DNA of 64,000 bases from Flavobacteriales bacterium (GTDB lineage Bacteria; Bacteroidota; Bacteroidia; Flavobacteriales; UBA7312). The notes beneath the pieces were generated by a model. The model saw nothing but the letters and a program-made list of their open reading frames with translations. It did no database searches and had not been told where the DNA came from. Positions 50,154-60,874 of this stretch are shown piece by piece. The stretch's first letter is position 1, and each line of letters opens with the position of its first letter. The stretch covers positions 74,543 through 138,542 of the forward strand of contig CBFIDK010000001.1 of NCBI GenBank assembly GCA_965661345.1, given 5' to 3'. A program made the position numbers and the translations under genes.

Positions 50154-51176
50154 ATGGGTTTTTTCGATTTTATGACGCAAGAGATTGCAATTGACTTAGG
50201 CACTGCAAACACTCTTATTATACACAATGACAAAGTTGTTGTGGACGAACCCTCAATTGTTGCTAAAGACATCATACTTGGTAAAGTTGTAGCCATTGGA
50301 AAAAAGGCTCAACAAATGCATGGAAAAACGCATAAAACGATTGAAACCATTCGGCCTTTAAAAGATGGTGTAATCGCTGATTTCTCTGCTGCTGAACAAA
50401 TGATTCGCGGAATGATTAAAATGATTCCTAGACGAAAAACATTGTTTTCGCCATCTTTAAAAATGGTTGTTTGTATTCCCTCAGGAATTACTGAAGTGGA
50501 GAAAAGGGCTGTTAAAGACTCCGCTGAACACGCTGGTGCTAAAGAAGTATTCTTGATTCATGAACCAATGGCGGCAGCGATTGGTATTGGAGTCGATGTA
50601 CTAGAGCCGAAAGGAAACATGATAATTGACATAGGCGGTGGTACTTCAGAAATTGCCGTTATCTCTTTAGGAGGTATTGTTACCGACCGTTCAATTAGAG
50701 TCGCAGGTGATAATTTCACAACCGACATTCGTATTTACATGAGAAATCATCACAATATAGATATCGGTGAACGAATGGCTGAGAAAATTAAAATTAATGT
50801 CGGAGCAGCCCTTCAAGAATTAGACGAGCCACCACCAAATTTTGCCGTTCACGGAAGAGATTTAATGAGTGGTATTCCAAAAGAAATTATTGTAACCTAT
50901 AAAGAGATTGCACGCGCATTGGATCAAACTATATCGCAAATTGAGCAGGCGGTTTTGGCAGCATTAGGTCAAACTCCACCTGAACTTTCTGCAGACATTT
51001 ATAACACTGGAATTTATCTAACTGGTGGAGGGTCTATGTTAAGAGGTCTTGATAAACGAATTTCTTTAAAAACTAAGCTACCAGTTTATGTAGCCGAAGA
51101 CCCATTAAGAGCAGTAGCAAGAGGAACGGGTATTGCACTTAAAAACACCGACAACTTCCCATTTTTAATTCGATAA
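50154..51176 (+). CDS. mreB: Rod-shape-determining actin homologue MreB
   Basis: 340 aa with IAIDLGTANTLI and DIGGGTSEIAV. Confidence 0.95.
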   Translation: MGFFDFMTQEIAIDLGTANTLIIHNDKVVVDEPSIVAKDIILGKVVAIGKKAQQMHGKTHKTIETIRPLKDGVIADFSAAEQMIRGMIKMIPRRKTLFSPSLKMVVCIPSGITEVEKRAVKDSAEHAGAKEVFLIHEPMAAAIGIGVDVLEPKGNMIIDIGGGTSEIAVISLGGIVTDRSIRVAGDNFTTDIRIYMRNHHNIDIGERMAEKIKINVGAALQELDEPPPNFAVHGRDLMSGIPKEIIVTYKEIARALDQTISQIEQAVLAALGQTPPELSADIYNTGIYLTGGGSMLRGLDKRISLKTKLPVYVAEDPLRAVARGTGIALKNTDNFPFLIR

Positions 51177-51190
51177 TTATTGAGTAGATA

Positions 51191-51988
51191 ATGCGTAACT
51201 TAATAGAATTATTAAATAAGTATAATCATCAGATTTTATTTATTCTTCTAGAGTTTTTTGCATTTTTTCTCATAATTCAGAATAACAGTTTTCAAAAAGC
51301 GGCTTTCATCAATTCCACAAATGGCATAACCGCTTCTAGCTTTTTAGCAATCAGTAATGTTAAAAGTTATTTTTCTTTAAAAAGCACAAACGAGCTACTG
51401 TTACTGGAGAATGCAAAGCTTAAAAGTTTAATAAGTTACCAGAGTAAGGATAGCATAAGCTCTACAAATCCGAACCATTATATTCCTGCCACAATAATTA
51501 ATAATTCGGTAGCACGCGCAAACAATTATATCACTATTGACAAAGGAAGTATTGACGGTATTAAAAAAGGAATGGGTGTAGTGAGCAACAATGGTGTTAT
51601 CGGCATTGTAAAAGAAACATCAAAACACTTTAGCAGTGTGTTATCCGTACTTCACAGCCAAAGTAAAGTAAGTGTCGTGCTCAAAAAGAACAACCATTTC
51701 GGCTCATTACAGTGGGACGGCAGAAGCTATAAAAAAGCTAAAATATACGATATACCCTCTCACGTAAATTTGGAAATAGGTGATACCATAACAACAAGTG
51801 GCTTTTCATATATTTTTCCATCCAATACTATAGTTGGAGTAATAAGCGAGATTAAAACCAAAGATGATGACAAATTTCATAATCTTAGAATGTCATTTAT
51901 GGAAGATTTAAAAGAAGTGAAATACGTTAATGTTTGTCAACCTCTTAAAAAGCAGGAGAAGGAATTATTAGAATCTGAAATTGAATAA
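51191..51988 (+). CDS. mreC: Rod-shape-determining protein MreC
   Basis: 265 aa with an N-terminal TM, a coiled segment and beta-barrel domains. It lies between mreB and mreD. Confidence 0.8.
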   Translation: MRNLIELLNKYNHQILFILLEFFAFFLIIQNNSFQKAAFINSTNGITASSFLAISNVKSYFSLKSTNELLLLENAKLKSLISYQSKDSISSTNPNHYIPATIINNSVARANNYITIDKGSIDGIKKGMGVVSNNGVIGIVKETSKHFSSVLSVLHSQSKVSVVLKKNNHFGSLQWDGRSYKKAKIYDIPSHVNLEIGDTITTSGFSYIFPSNTIVGVISEIKTKDDDKFHNLRMSFMEDLKEVKYVNVCQPLKKQEKELLESEIE

Positions 51989-52509
51989 TGAATAAATTAA
52001 TAGTTAAACATATCATCAATTTCATAGTATTTGTATCCTTACAAGTATTGGTATTTAATAATGTTTTTTTCATGGGTTACATTAACCCTTATATCTACCT
52101 AATGTTCCTTTTTCTTCTTCCAATTAGCAAAAAAAACCAAAACTTTTTACTGCTAATTGCATTTACAACAGGTATAATTATTGATGCATTTCAAAACTCA
52201 ATGGGGCTACATACTTTTGCTTGCGTGCTTCTAATGTATCTTAAAAGCCCGATACTACTCTCTCTTGTCCCTCAATTAAAGAATAGAACCCAAAGTAATA
52301 TCGTGTTTTCAATTAATGAGTTTGGCTTACCAGTTACAATTATATACACTTCTAGCTTAGTTTTTATTCATCACTTTGCATTGTTTTTTATTGAAGCTTT
52401 TCAGTTCGATTTAGGCAATATTCTTCTTCGAACAATAGCAAGCGGATTGGTAACTTCTATATTGCTTATCATATTCCAATTTTTGAACGCTAGAAATACA
52501 TTGAAGTGA
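51988..52509 (+). CDS. mreD: Rod-shape-determining protein MreD
   Basis: 173 aa, a polytopic small membrane protein in the canonical position. Confidence 0.65.
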   Translation: MNKLIVKHIINFIVFVSLQVLVFNNVFFMGYINPYIYLMFLFLLPISKKNQNFLLLIAFTTGIIIDAFQNSMGLHTFACVLLMYLKSPILLSLVPQLKNRTQSNIVFSINEFGLPVTIIYTSSLVFIHHFALFFIEAFQFDLGNILLRTIASGLVTSILLIIFQFLNARNTLK

Positions 52510-54323
52510 GAAAGTTTGAAAATAGACCCTATATCATTGGAGGATTTTTCTGTGTTATAATTATCATTTTTATAATCCGTTTATTTTCTATTCAAGTAGT
52601 TGATGACAGTTTTAAAACATCTTCAGAAAACAACGTTATCAGAAAACAAACTGACCATCCCAGAAGAGGACTTATCTACGACAGAAACAATGAGCTGATT
52701 GTTTACAATGAAGCTGCTTACGATTTAATGATAACTCCAAATCAAGCTACAAAAATTGATACGGCCCTAATCTGCACACTCCTGTCAATAGACACTATAA
52801 GCTTAGAAAATAGACTAGAAAAAGCTAAAAAACATTCCATTTATAAATCCAGTATATTCATGAAACAAATCTCTGTAGAAACGTACACCAAGCTACAAGA
52901 GAATATGTTTCTGATGCCAGGATTTTACGTTCAAGCCAGAACGTTAAGAAAGTACCCCTATTCAACTGCCAGTCACCTTTTGGGATATGTTGGAGAAGTC
53001 AATCAACAAATTATTAAGAAAACACCTTATTACAAAGAAGGCGATTACATTGGAGTTAGCGGTATAGAAAAAGCTTACGAAGACCAACTTAAAGGCATAA
53101 AAGGCGAAAAATTATTACTCAAAGATGTTCACAATAACATTAAAGGCAGTTTCAAAAATGGGAAATTTGACACCAAATCTATTCCAGGAAAAAACCTAAC
53201 ATCTTCTATTGATATTTTTCTTCAAAATTATGGCGAGCAACTCATGCAAAACAAACGAGGAAGCATTGTAGCTATTGAACCATCAACTGGCGAAATTTTG
53301 TGCCTTATTTCTGCACCAAACTATGACCCCAATACTTTAGTCGGTCGCAAACGATCTGAAAACTATAACATACTGAATAGTGACAGCGTAAGTAAACCCC
53401 TTTTCAACAGAGCAGCTTTGGCACAATACCCTCCAGGCTCAACATTCAAGCTTATAAACGCACTTATTGCTTTACAAGAAAAAGTCATTAAACCGAGTAG
53501 TCGTTTTGATTGTGACGATGGCTTTATCTATGGCGAGGAAAAAAGAAAAATGAAATGCCACGAACATCGTTCTCCATTAGACTTATCAGAATCCATAGCA
53601 ACATCGTGTAATGCCTACTTCTGTAATGTGTACAAAGCCATCATAGAAAGCTATCCGTCAACCTATGAAGGATACGATAGGTGGCGAAAGTATGTGGTAA
53701 GTTTTGGGCTAGGAAATTGGCTGAATAATGATTTACCCACTGGGCAAAAAGGATTTGTGCCAAATAGAAACTACTACGATAAAATCTATGGTAAAAAAAG
53801 ATGGAAATCATTAACCAACTTATCCTTATCAATTGGACAAGACGCACTATTGACAACACCTATTCAAATGGCTAACATGACTGCAGCCATTGCTAACAGA
53901 GGCTATTATTATACCCCTCACATTGTCAAACACATAGAGAATGATAGCATTGATTCACGCTTCAAAAAAAGAAATTATACTGAGATAGATTCCTCATATT
54001 TTGACATCGTAATTAATGGTATGCAAGAAGTTGTTGAAAACAAAGAGCTCGGAACATCAAATATTGCTATAATGGATGATGTAGCAGTATGTGGCAAAAC
54101 AGGAACGGCACAAAATCCACATGGTGAAGATCACTCTATTTTTATTGGGTTTGCCCCAAAAGACAATCCAAAGATAGCATTAGCAGTATATGTCGAAAAT
54201 GGGGGCTGGGGCTCTACATGGGCAGTGCCAATTGGTAGCCTGATGATTGAAAAATATATTAATGATACTATTACTAGAAACTATTTAGAAGAACGTATTA
54301 TAAATGGTGAAATAAAATATTAA
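52506..54323 (+). CDS. mrdA: Penicillin-binding protein 2 (elongasome transpeptidase)
   Basis: 605 aa with a GTG start overlapping the mreD stop. It has the SxxK motif (GSTFK), SxN (SCN) and KTG (GKTGTAQ). Confidence 0.9.
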   Translation: MRKFENRPYIIGGFFCVIIIIFIIRLFSIQVVDDSFKTSSENNVIRKQTDHPRRGLIYDRNNELIVYNEAAYDLMITPNQATKIDTALICTLLSIDTISLENRLEKAKKHSIYKSSIFMKQISVETYTKLQENMFLMPGFYVQARTLRKYPYSTASHLLGYVGEVNQQIIKKTPYYKEGDYIGVSGIEKAYEDQLKGIKGEKLLLKDVHNNIKGSFKNGKFDTKSIPGKNLTSSIDIFLQNYGEQLMQNKRGSIVAIEPSTGEILCLISAPNYDPNTLVGRKRSENYNILNSDSVSKPLFNRAALAQYPPGSTFKLINALIALQEKVIKPSSRFDCDDGFIYGEEKRKMKCHEHRSPLDLSESIATSCNAYFCNVYKAIIESYPSTYEGYDRWRKYVVSFGLGNWLNNDLPTGQKGFVPNRNYYDKIYGKKRWKSLTNLSLSIGQDALLTTPIQMANMTAAIANRGYYYTPHIVKHIENDSIDSRFKKRNYTEIDSSYFDIVINGMQEVVENKELGTSNIAIMDDVAVCGKTGTAQNPHGEDHSIFIGFAPKDNPKIALAVYVENGGWGSTWAVPIGSLMIEKYINDTITRNYLEERIINGEIKY

Positions 54324-55582
54324 TGCGATTAAAGAAACAAATATTTGACCATGTTGATTGGTGGACAATTTCAATGTACCTTATTTTGGTACTCATTGGA
54401 TGGTTAAACATTTACGCTGCTTTATATAACGAAAATTATGGGATTTTTGATTTCAGCCAGAAGTATGGACGACAGTTAGTTTGGATATTAATAGCATTTG
54501 TTATTGCCTTGTTCATACTATTTTTTAACTGGAAATTTTTTGATGGTTTTGCGTACATAATCTATTTTATATCCATATTAAGCCTTATCGGGGTGTTATT
54601 ATTTGGTATCGAAGTAAATGGCGCAAAGTCGTGGTTAGATATTGGGTTTACTCGAATTCAACCCTCTGAATTCGCAAAAGTAGCCAGCTGCATGGCTGTT
54701 GCTAAATTCCTGAGTACACTAAATGTCAGTATCGCAAAATTTAAAAATAAAATTTTGGTAGCTCTCATAATTTTATGTCCATTTTTTCTAATCATATTGC
54801 AAAACGATACTGGCTCGGCTCTTGTTTATTCGGCATTTATTTTGGTACTGTACCGTTTTGGATTGCCAGCTAACTTTTTGATTTTTGCCATTGTAACGGC
54901 GATATTATTTATCACCTCTATTATTGTTCCAAAGGTTGTACTTATTGTCATTTTATCGTCTTTGGCCATTTTCTTTTTTATTATTTCTAGCAGAAAATTA
55001 AGAGAGTTGGTTATTATCATTTCTCTTTTAGCATCTAGTATTGGATTTATTTATAGTGTCGATTATGTTTTTGACAATGTGTTAGAGCCTCATCATGTCA
55101 GTAGAATTAAAATTCTATTGGGTCAAGAAAGCGATCCTCAAGGCGCAGGCTATAACGTTAATCAATCTATGATAGCAATAGGTTCTGGAGGTTTCGCTGG
55201 GAAGGGGTTTTTAAATGGTACGCAAACGAAATTCAACTTTGTACCAGAACAAAGTACCGATTTCATTTTTTGTACAATTGGTGAAGAATGGGGTTTTATT
55301 GGTAGTTTTTTATTATTAGCGCTTTATCTAGCATTTCTATTGCGCTTGATCTATTTAGCAGAACGACAGCGATCAATTTTTAGTAAAGTCTTTGGTTATG
55401 GTGTAGTAAGTATTTTGTTCTTTCATATCGCCATAAACATAGCTATGACTATAGGTCTAGCTCCTGTCATAGGTATTCCATTACCATTTCTTAGCTATGG
55501 AGGCTCATCCCTTTGGGGCTTTACTATTTTAATATTTACATTTCTTAACTTAGACTCTTACCGACTTCAGGTATTGAGATAA
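54323..55582 (+). CDS. rodA: SEDS-family peptidoglycan polymerase RodA
   Basis: 419 aa, a 10-TM FtsW/RodA family protein, with FIFCTIGEEWGFIG and PLPFLSYGGSS. Confidence 0.9.
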   Translation: MRLKKQIFDHVDWWTISMYLILVLIGWLNIYAALYNENYGIFDFSQKYGRQLVWILIAFVIALFILFFNWKFFDGFAYIIYFISILSLIGVLLFGIEVNGAKSWLDIGFTRIQPSEFAKVASCMAVAKFLSTLNVSIAKFKNKILVALIILCPFFLIILQNDTGSALVYSAFILVLYRFGLPANFLIFAIVTAILFITSIIVPKVVLIVILSSLAIFFFIISSRKLRELVIIISLLASSIGFIYSVDYVFDNVLEPHHVSRIKILLGQESDPQGAGYNVNQSMIAIGSGGFAGKGFLNGTQTKFNFVPEQSTDFIFCTIGEEWGFIGSFLLLALYLAFLLRLIYLAERQRSIFSKVFGYGVVSILFFHIAINIAMTIGLAPVIGIPLPFLSYGGSSLWGFTILIFTFLNLDSYRLQVLR

Positions 55583-55584
55583 AA

Positions 55585-55614
55585 AAACCCTCAATGATAA
55601 TATCATGAGGGTTT
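55585..55614. terminator. Bidirectional terminator hairpin between convergent rodA and the ppiD-like gene
   Basis: AAACCCTCAATGAT-AAT-ATCATGAGGGTTT (one bulge). The minus-strand reading is followed by T7. Confidence 0.65.
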
Positions 55615-55634
55615 AATGTGATTTTTATAAACTA

Positions 55635-57695
55635 TTAATAAAAGTCAGCTCTATTATCTTTAACATCAGCAAGTTCTAACAAAGCTTGATATACTTGAAA
55701 TGATGATCTGCTTTTTAAAGTTGAGATTATTGAATTTTTTGTACTGGCAAATTCAACTGAAGATGGTGAGGCGATTACTTTATCAACCTGTATCATACAA
55801 ACGCCTTTAGAAGTAGCAAATACATTTGTTGTTTCCCCTTCTTCAACGGCAAAAACAGCGCCCACAAAAGCTGGCTCGTTTCCTAAAGATGGAACTTGAC
55901 TACTTGAGAACGATAAGCCCTCGGCCTTACTCATGCTCACACCATAATTTGATTCTACTTCTTGAAGCGATGAATATTGAGAAAGCTCTTCCAGTAGCAT
56001 TTCAGATTTTTTATTGTTTCGTACTATTGGCTCAATTGTAGAACGTACATCCTCTATGTCGACTATTCCTTCGTCTTTGATTGATGTTAGACAAGCAACA
56101 ACAATTTTATCGTTGAATTCAAATACATCGGATACATCGCCAATTTCAGCATCATATGCCCATTTTACTAATTCTCTTGGGCTTTCTAAACCAGCAATAT
56201 TAATAGTGTTTGCCAATAAGCCGTCAGCTAATCGTTTCGTCAAATTTTGATTTACTACATTTTCGTTAAACTGATCATAGTTAGTGGTTTCAGAAGCAAA
56301 CTTACCTGCAGCGGCAAATACTTTTTGGTATGTGGCATTGCTGTACTCTACCCTACGATCTAGATAGGCTACTTTATATTTTTTTGATTTTGAAGATTGA
56401 TCAGTAACTTCTATTAGGTGTGTTCCAAATTGAGTATTTACTGATACCAATTCCCCTTTTTTAGCCGAAAAACAAGCGTCGTTGAACTCTGTTACCATTA
56501 CGCCTTCAGCAAACCACTCGAGATTACCTCCGTTAGCAGCAGAACCTCTATCTTCAGAGAACTCTTGGGCTAGGTCAGAAAAAGATTGTCCTGAATTAAT
56601 TAATGATTTTATACTGTCAATTCTTTCTTCGGCATTAGCTCCACTAATTAAAATGTGTCTTGCTTCAACAGAATCAGGTCTATTAGAAGTGTCAACAAGC
56701 TTTGCTAAACGAAGTATACCAGATGATTGAGTGTATGGCCCAACTACTGTTCCATTATCTGCACCAACTAGTGAACTTGCGTTAGCTCGTAAATCGCTTT
56801 CAGAAACGAATATGACTCTGTTGAACACGTCTGAGTTTTTTCTTGTAAACTGATCGTCATCATCAGAATTAGCAAAATCTGTTTTGATATCTTCAATCCA
56901 GTTAGACGCATCCTCTCTGTCTTCTTGTGATGGCGTTACATTGAACACTACATATTCAATTTCTCTTGAAGCATCTTGCTGATATTCCTCACTATTTTCT
57001 TCAATGTAATTTTCTAAATCGTTATCGGAAATTTCTATTAAACTATCAGGGATAGTATTGAAAGGTATCTGTACGTAGGATACATTTCTTATTTCACTTT
57101 GAGAAGCTCTATCAGATTTGGCCTGCCAATCAGACACAAATAAGCCTTTGCTTATCATAGCATTGTATTTATTGTTACGACGCTCTTCCAGAATTGCTTT
57201 TTCAAAATTTAACCATTGGGCTTTTGCTTGACCGGTTTCATCGTTATTGATATCCTCTTTCAAAAATTGTAATAAACGTGATCTATCAAACTGACCAGTT
57301 TCAGGATTTGAAAAAGCTTGCTTGACAGTCTCGTATGGATTTTCGCCTTGAACCATTTCAAAGATTTCTGAAGCAGAAACCTCAACTCCTAAGTCTGAGA
57401 ACTGACCTTTTAGTACCGTTTCTCTTACCATCTGATTCCACACTGAATTACGAATTTGCGCAATGTCAATGTTTGGATTTGATTGCTTCTGTGTATCAAA
57501 TGTTTGTTGAACTCTTTGTTCAAAAACCTGAAAGTCTATTTCTTCGTTAGCTACTGTACCAACAACTAAATCAGTAGGTCCAGACCCTCCATTTTGAGAA
57601 GACAATAAGTCAGTTAATATAAAAGCTAATAGTGCAAAACCAATTACAAAAAGTAATAGTCCTGAACGGTTTCTAATTTTTTCTAAGGTTATCAT
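55635..57695 (-). CDS. Periplasmic peptidyl-prolyl isomerase/chaperone (PpiD/SurA-like, parvulin domain)
   Basis: 686 aa with an N-terminal TM anchor. The parvulin block reads ARHILISG...DLAQEFSEDRGSAANGGNLEWF...FGTHLIEV. Confidence 0.8.
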   Translation of the reverse strand: MITLEKIRNRSGLLLFVIGFALLAFILTDLLSSQNGGSGPTDLVVGTVANEEIDFQVFEQRVQQTFDTQKQSNPNIDIAQIRNSVWNQMVRETVLKGQFSDLGVEVSASEIFEMVQGENPYETVKQAFSNPETGQFDRSRLLQFLKEDINNDETGQAKAQWLNFEKAILEERRNNKYNAMISKGLFVSDWQAKSDRASQSEIRNVSYVQIPFNTIPDSLIEISDNDLENYIEENSEEYQQDASREIEYVVFNVTPSQEDREDASNWIEDIKTDFANSDDDDQFTRKNSDVFNRVIFVSESDLRANASSLVGADNGTVVGPYTQSSGILRLAKLVDTSNRPDSVEARHILISGANAEERIDSIKSLINSGQSFSDLAQEFSEDRGSAANGGNLEWFAEGVMVTEFNDACFSAKKGELVSVNTQFGTHLIEVTDQSSKSKKYKVAYLDRRVEYSNATYQKVFAAAGKFASETTNYDQFNENVVNQNLTKRLADGLLANTINIAGLESPRELVKWAYDAEIGDVSDVFEFNDKIVVACLTSIKDEGIVDIEDVRSTIEPIVRNNKKSEMLLEELSQYSSLQEVESNYGVSMSKAEGLSFSSSQVPSLGNEPAFVGAVFAVEEGETTNVFATSKGVCMIQVDKVIASPSSVEFASTKNSIISTLKSRSSFQVYQALLELADVKDNRADFY

Positions 57696-57756
57696 ACGTC
57701 AATAATTATCAAGATGGCGAATATACAAATGTTAAATGACATAAAAAATAGATAAA

Positions 57757-59004
57757 TTACTCAGTTTTTACAATAGTAATTTCGTCAATTTTATTGTTGG
57801 AAACTTCTTCTATCAGAAATTGATAATCTCCTATAGAAATCTCAGTATTTTTTTCAGGAATTTCCTCTAAATAACTGATTAGCAATCCACCGAGCGTTTC
57901 ATACTCTTCGGATTTGGGGAGGTTGAAATGGTATTTGTCGTTCAAGTAGTCTATTTCCAGGCGAGCAGAAAATTTAAAAGTGTATTCATTCAACTGTTTT
58001 TCTAGTTCAGTTTCGTTATCGTGTTCATCTTCAATATCACCAAGTATTTCTTCGACGACATCTTCAACGGTAATCATGCCCGATGTTCCTCCAAATTCGT
58101 CTACGACTACTGCTACACCCTTTCTTTTTTTGATGAACAACTCTAGTAAATCAATGGCTAACATGCTTTCTGGCACATAAGGTATTGGAATTAATATTGA
58201 CTTAATATCTTTTGGCGAGGTAAACATCTCGTTGGAATGTGCATAACCAATTATTTTATCAATATTTTCTTTGTAAATAAGAACCTTGGAGAGTTTCGTA
58301 CTTATAAAAATATCACGTAAATCTTCTATGGATTTTGTGACATCTATGGCTACAATTTCAGTTCTCGGCAGCATGCATTCTCTGATCTTCACGTTGGAAA
58401 AGTCAAGCGCATTTTGAAGGATGTGAACTTCAACATCAAGGTTTTTATTTTCTCTGTCGTCAATGTGTAACTTCAGGTATTCTTCTAAGTCAATTTTACC
58501 AAATACAGGAGAGTCTTCTACCAAAGCCATTCCCAATATTTTTAATCCCTTTTTGGATAGGTAAAGTGTTATAGATACTATTGGCGAAAGCAGATAATAG
58601 AAAATTACTAAGGGAACTATACCAGCTTTTAAAAAACGATTGGGATTTAGTCTAAAAAAGGCTTTTGGCAAAAACTCGGCACTAACGAGTATAATTAACG
58701 TTGAAATAAGAGTTTGTATTAAAAGAACTAGAAATGACGACTGGGTAAAAACCTCTATTTTTGGCTCTAGAATTTTCGCCATACAAATTCCATAGACGAC
58801 TAATGAAATATTATTCCCAACGAGCATAGTCGCAATAAATCGTGACGGCGAATGAAGAATTTTTTCAAGCATGTTAGACACAAAAGAATTGGATTGTTTA
58901 TCCAGTTCTAACTTCAGCTTGTTAGAAGAAACATAGGCAATTTCCATTCCTGAAAAAAATGCTGAAAGAATAATGGTAATTAAAATGATTGACCAAATTG
59001 TCAT
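57757..59004 (-). CDS. CNNM/HlyC/CorC-family membrane protein (DUF21 TM domain, CBS pair and CorC_HlyC domain), GldE-like
   Basis: 415 aa with 4 N-terminal TM helices, a CBS pair region and the C-terminal transporter-associated domain. Confidence 0.8.
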   Translation of the reverse strand: MTIWSIILITIILSAFFSGMEIAYVSSNKLKLELDKQSNSFVSNMLEKILHSPSRFIATMLVGNNISLVVYGICMAKILEPKIEVFTQSSFLVLLIQTLISTLIILVSAEFLPKAFFRLNPNRFLKAGIVPLVIFYYLLSPIVSITLYLSKKGLKILGMALVEDSPVFGKIDLEEYLKLHIDDRENKNLDVEVHILQNALDFSNVKIRECMLPRTEIVAIDVTKSIEDLRDIFISTKLSKVLIYKENIDKIIGYAHSNEMFTSPKDIKSILIPIPYVPESMLAIDLLELFIKKRKGVAVVVDEFGGTSGMITVEDVVEEILGDIEDEHDNETELEKQLNEYTFKFSARLEIDYLNDKYHFNLPKSEEYETLGGLLISYLEEIPEKNTEISIGDYQFLIEEVSNNKIDEITIVKTE

Positions 59005-59005
59005 G

Positions 59006-59524
59006 CTAGCGATCTATTGAAATAGTTCCTTTAATCTTGTTTATTGTGTATTTAGTAAAGTTTTGATTAGAAACTAATCCTTGACCAAATATAACTTCAT
59101 TTTGAGTAGTTATCTTTATAAAATCATCAGTAAAAATTTCTTGCTTTTTTTGACTCCAATTTAGGGTCTCGGTTTCCAGAACATCACCATTTACATTACG
59201 TACAACTACATTTTTTTCTGCTTGCATTATATCATTTTCTTCATCAATAATTGCATAATCCGATAATAGCTCAGACTCTTTTTTACCTTTTTCATCAAAA
59301 AACTGAACCCTTAATCCATCTTTTAGTTCTAGGTAATTTTTTTCGTCATTATACCGATTCATAACCGCTGCATTTAGCAGAACTCTGACTTTTGAAGAGT
59401 CACTGTAAATAATTTCGCAATCCTTGATGGTTTCTACAGGAAATGAAGATTGGTTTTGTATGGAAATTTCTATAATAGTCTCCAAGTCATTTGAACATGA
59501 AAATAAAAGAATACTAAGCCACAA
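59006..59524 (-). CDS. lptC: LPS export periplasmic protein LptC-like lipoprotein
   Basis: 172 aa with a TTG start as tracked, so the N-terminus is uncertain. It has a lipobox (LLFSC) and a beta-jellyroll-like sequence. I recall the neighbourhood coaX...lptC-CNNM-ppiD as common in Bacteroidota. Confidence 0.6.
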   Translation of the reverse strand: MWLSILLFSCSNDLETIIEISIQNQSSFPVETIKDCEIIYSDSSKVRVLLNAAVMNRYNDEKNYLELKDGLRVQFFDEKGKKESELLSDYAIIDEENDIMQAEKNVVVRNVNGDVLETETLNWSQKKQEIFTDDFIKITTQNEVIFGQGLVSNQNFTKYTINKIKGTISIDR

Positions 59525-59573
59525 AAAATGTACTTTGAAAAAGGCAGTATGAGGTTGCTCGTCTATGGACTAA

Positions 59574-60872
59574 CTATTTAATTCTAACCTTTGTTGACTC
59601 ATTAATCCAACACCCAACAGTATACGAATCTCCTTCCTTAAATCCATTAAAGAAGGCGTCTTCGTTGGATGGTAGATATTTGGAATAAGAGGCTATTTTC
59701 TTGTCCGCAAAATCACCAACTGAACTGTCTTTTGACTTGGCGGTAATAAATTTATCAATTGCGGCAGAGTAGAGCATTGCTGATTCGAAAGAATTTGAAC
59801 CACACTCATTAGCAGATGCAGCGTAAATATCTCCGATTAGAACAAAAGGTTTGCCCCAGCTCGGCTTAATATCAATAGCTTTATAAGCATAGCTTCTTGC
59901 AGAGGAATTACTCCCAGACTTAAAGTAAGCTCCTGAAAGCCCATAATAGTAATTGGCCTTATCTTCATCATTTTCAGCCATTTCAAGCGCTTGGTTATAA
60001 AACCCTATTGCCTGTGAATACTTGTTTTTTCTTAAGGATAAGTTACCCATGTTATAGGCCGATAATGCGGATGGCTCTGATTCATGAAGCTTAGTTGCTG
60101 CTTCAAAGTAAACCGTTGCATCGGTACAGTCTTTTTTGTCTAATACTTTAACTATCCTTTTGATTAAAGTCAAATCATCTGGAGTTTCTTGGTATTTAGC
60201 ATCAAACATTGCTATTAAATCTTCACAAGTTGCGAAAGGCACAAATAATTTCTCCACATTTTCAGATGCTTTTTCATAAAACTTTTTGCTTTTAGACTCA
60301 TTACTTAGGTTATATTCTAAATAATCTGAGACAGCTGCATAAACTTCCAAAACTTGAGCTTTTGTAAATGTCTTTTCTTGAAACTTTTGCGTTGCTGCTT
60401 TGAAATATGAGAACAAAGCAGTTGCTTTAGATTTGTTTTGAAGACCTTCAACCGATTCTTTAAGGTATTCAAAAGCAAGGTCTAAGTCCGCAAAGGAATA
60501 CTTTAGCATGTCTGAACCTTTTAATCCGAGTACATATTCTCTTTTACCAAAGTGTACTACCCTGTTGTCGTATATTGTAGATAATGTATCTAAATATGCT
60601 TTTTGGAGCTCTTCGTTGCCTTTGCTTTTATTAATTAGATAATTGAAAATCTTTGCGCCGTCAATGTAAATATTTTTGGTAGCCTTGGGGCAGTTTATGT
60701 ATGCTTTTCTCCATGGCGATAATGCATCGTCATAATTTTTTTGCTTCACGTATTCTCTATAAAGAGAGATATTAGTTACACATGAAACGCTATCCTCACC
60801 AAACTTGCTTTCAACAACTGCTGATGCAGAAATAGTAATTAAAAGGAAAAGGGATAAAAAAGTATATCTCAT
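59574..60872 (-). CDS. Secreted TPR-repeat protein
   Basis: The ORF track gives 59574..60902. The start ATG 60872 gives signal peptide MRYTFLSLFLLITISASAVV and removes the overlap with the upstream gene. TPR-like pairs are present (for example YSQAIGFYNQALEM, ARSYAYKAIDIKP). Confidence 0.55.
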   Translation of the reverse strand: MRYTFLSLFLLITISASAVVESKFGEDSVSCVTNISLYREYVKQKNYDDALSPWRKAYINCPKATKNIYIDGAKIFNYLINKSKGNEELQKAYLDTLSTIYDNRVVHFGKREYVLGLKGSDMLKYSFADLDLAFEYLKESVEGLQNKSKATALFSYFKAATQKFQEKTFTKAQVLEVYAAVSDYLEYNLSNESKSKKFYEKASENVEKLFVPFATCEDLIAMFDAKYQETPDDLTLIKRIVKVLDKKDCTDATVYFEAATKLHESEPSALSAYNMGNLSLRKNKYSQAIGFYNQALEMAENDEDKANYYYGLSGAYFKSGSNSSARSYAYKAIDIKPSWGKPFVLIGDIYAASANECGSNSFESAMLYSAAIDKFITAKSKDSSVGDFADKKIASYSKYLPSNEDAFFNGFKEGDSYTVGCWINESTKVRIK

Positions 60873-60874
60873 AA

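Noticed and set aside
57757-59004. Calling the CNNM/HlyC-family gene gldE
   Set aside because: GldE belongs to this family, but in Flavobacterium it is defined by its linkage to gldD, and no gldD-like gene is adjacent here. The neighbourhood is lptC and ppiD, so I left it as family-level only.
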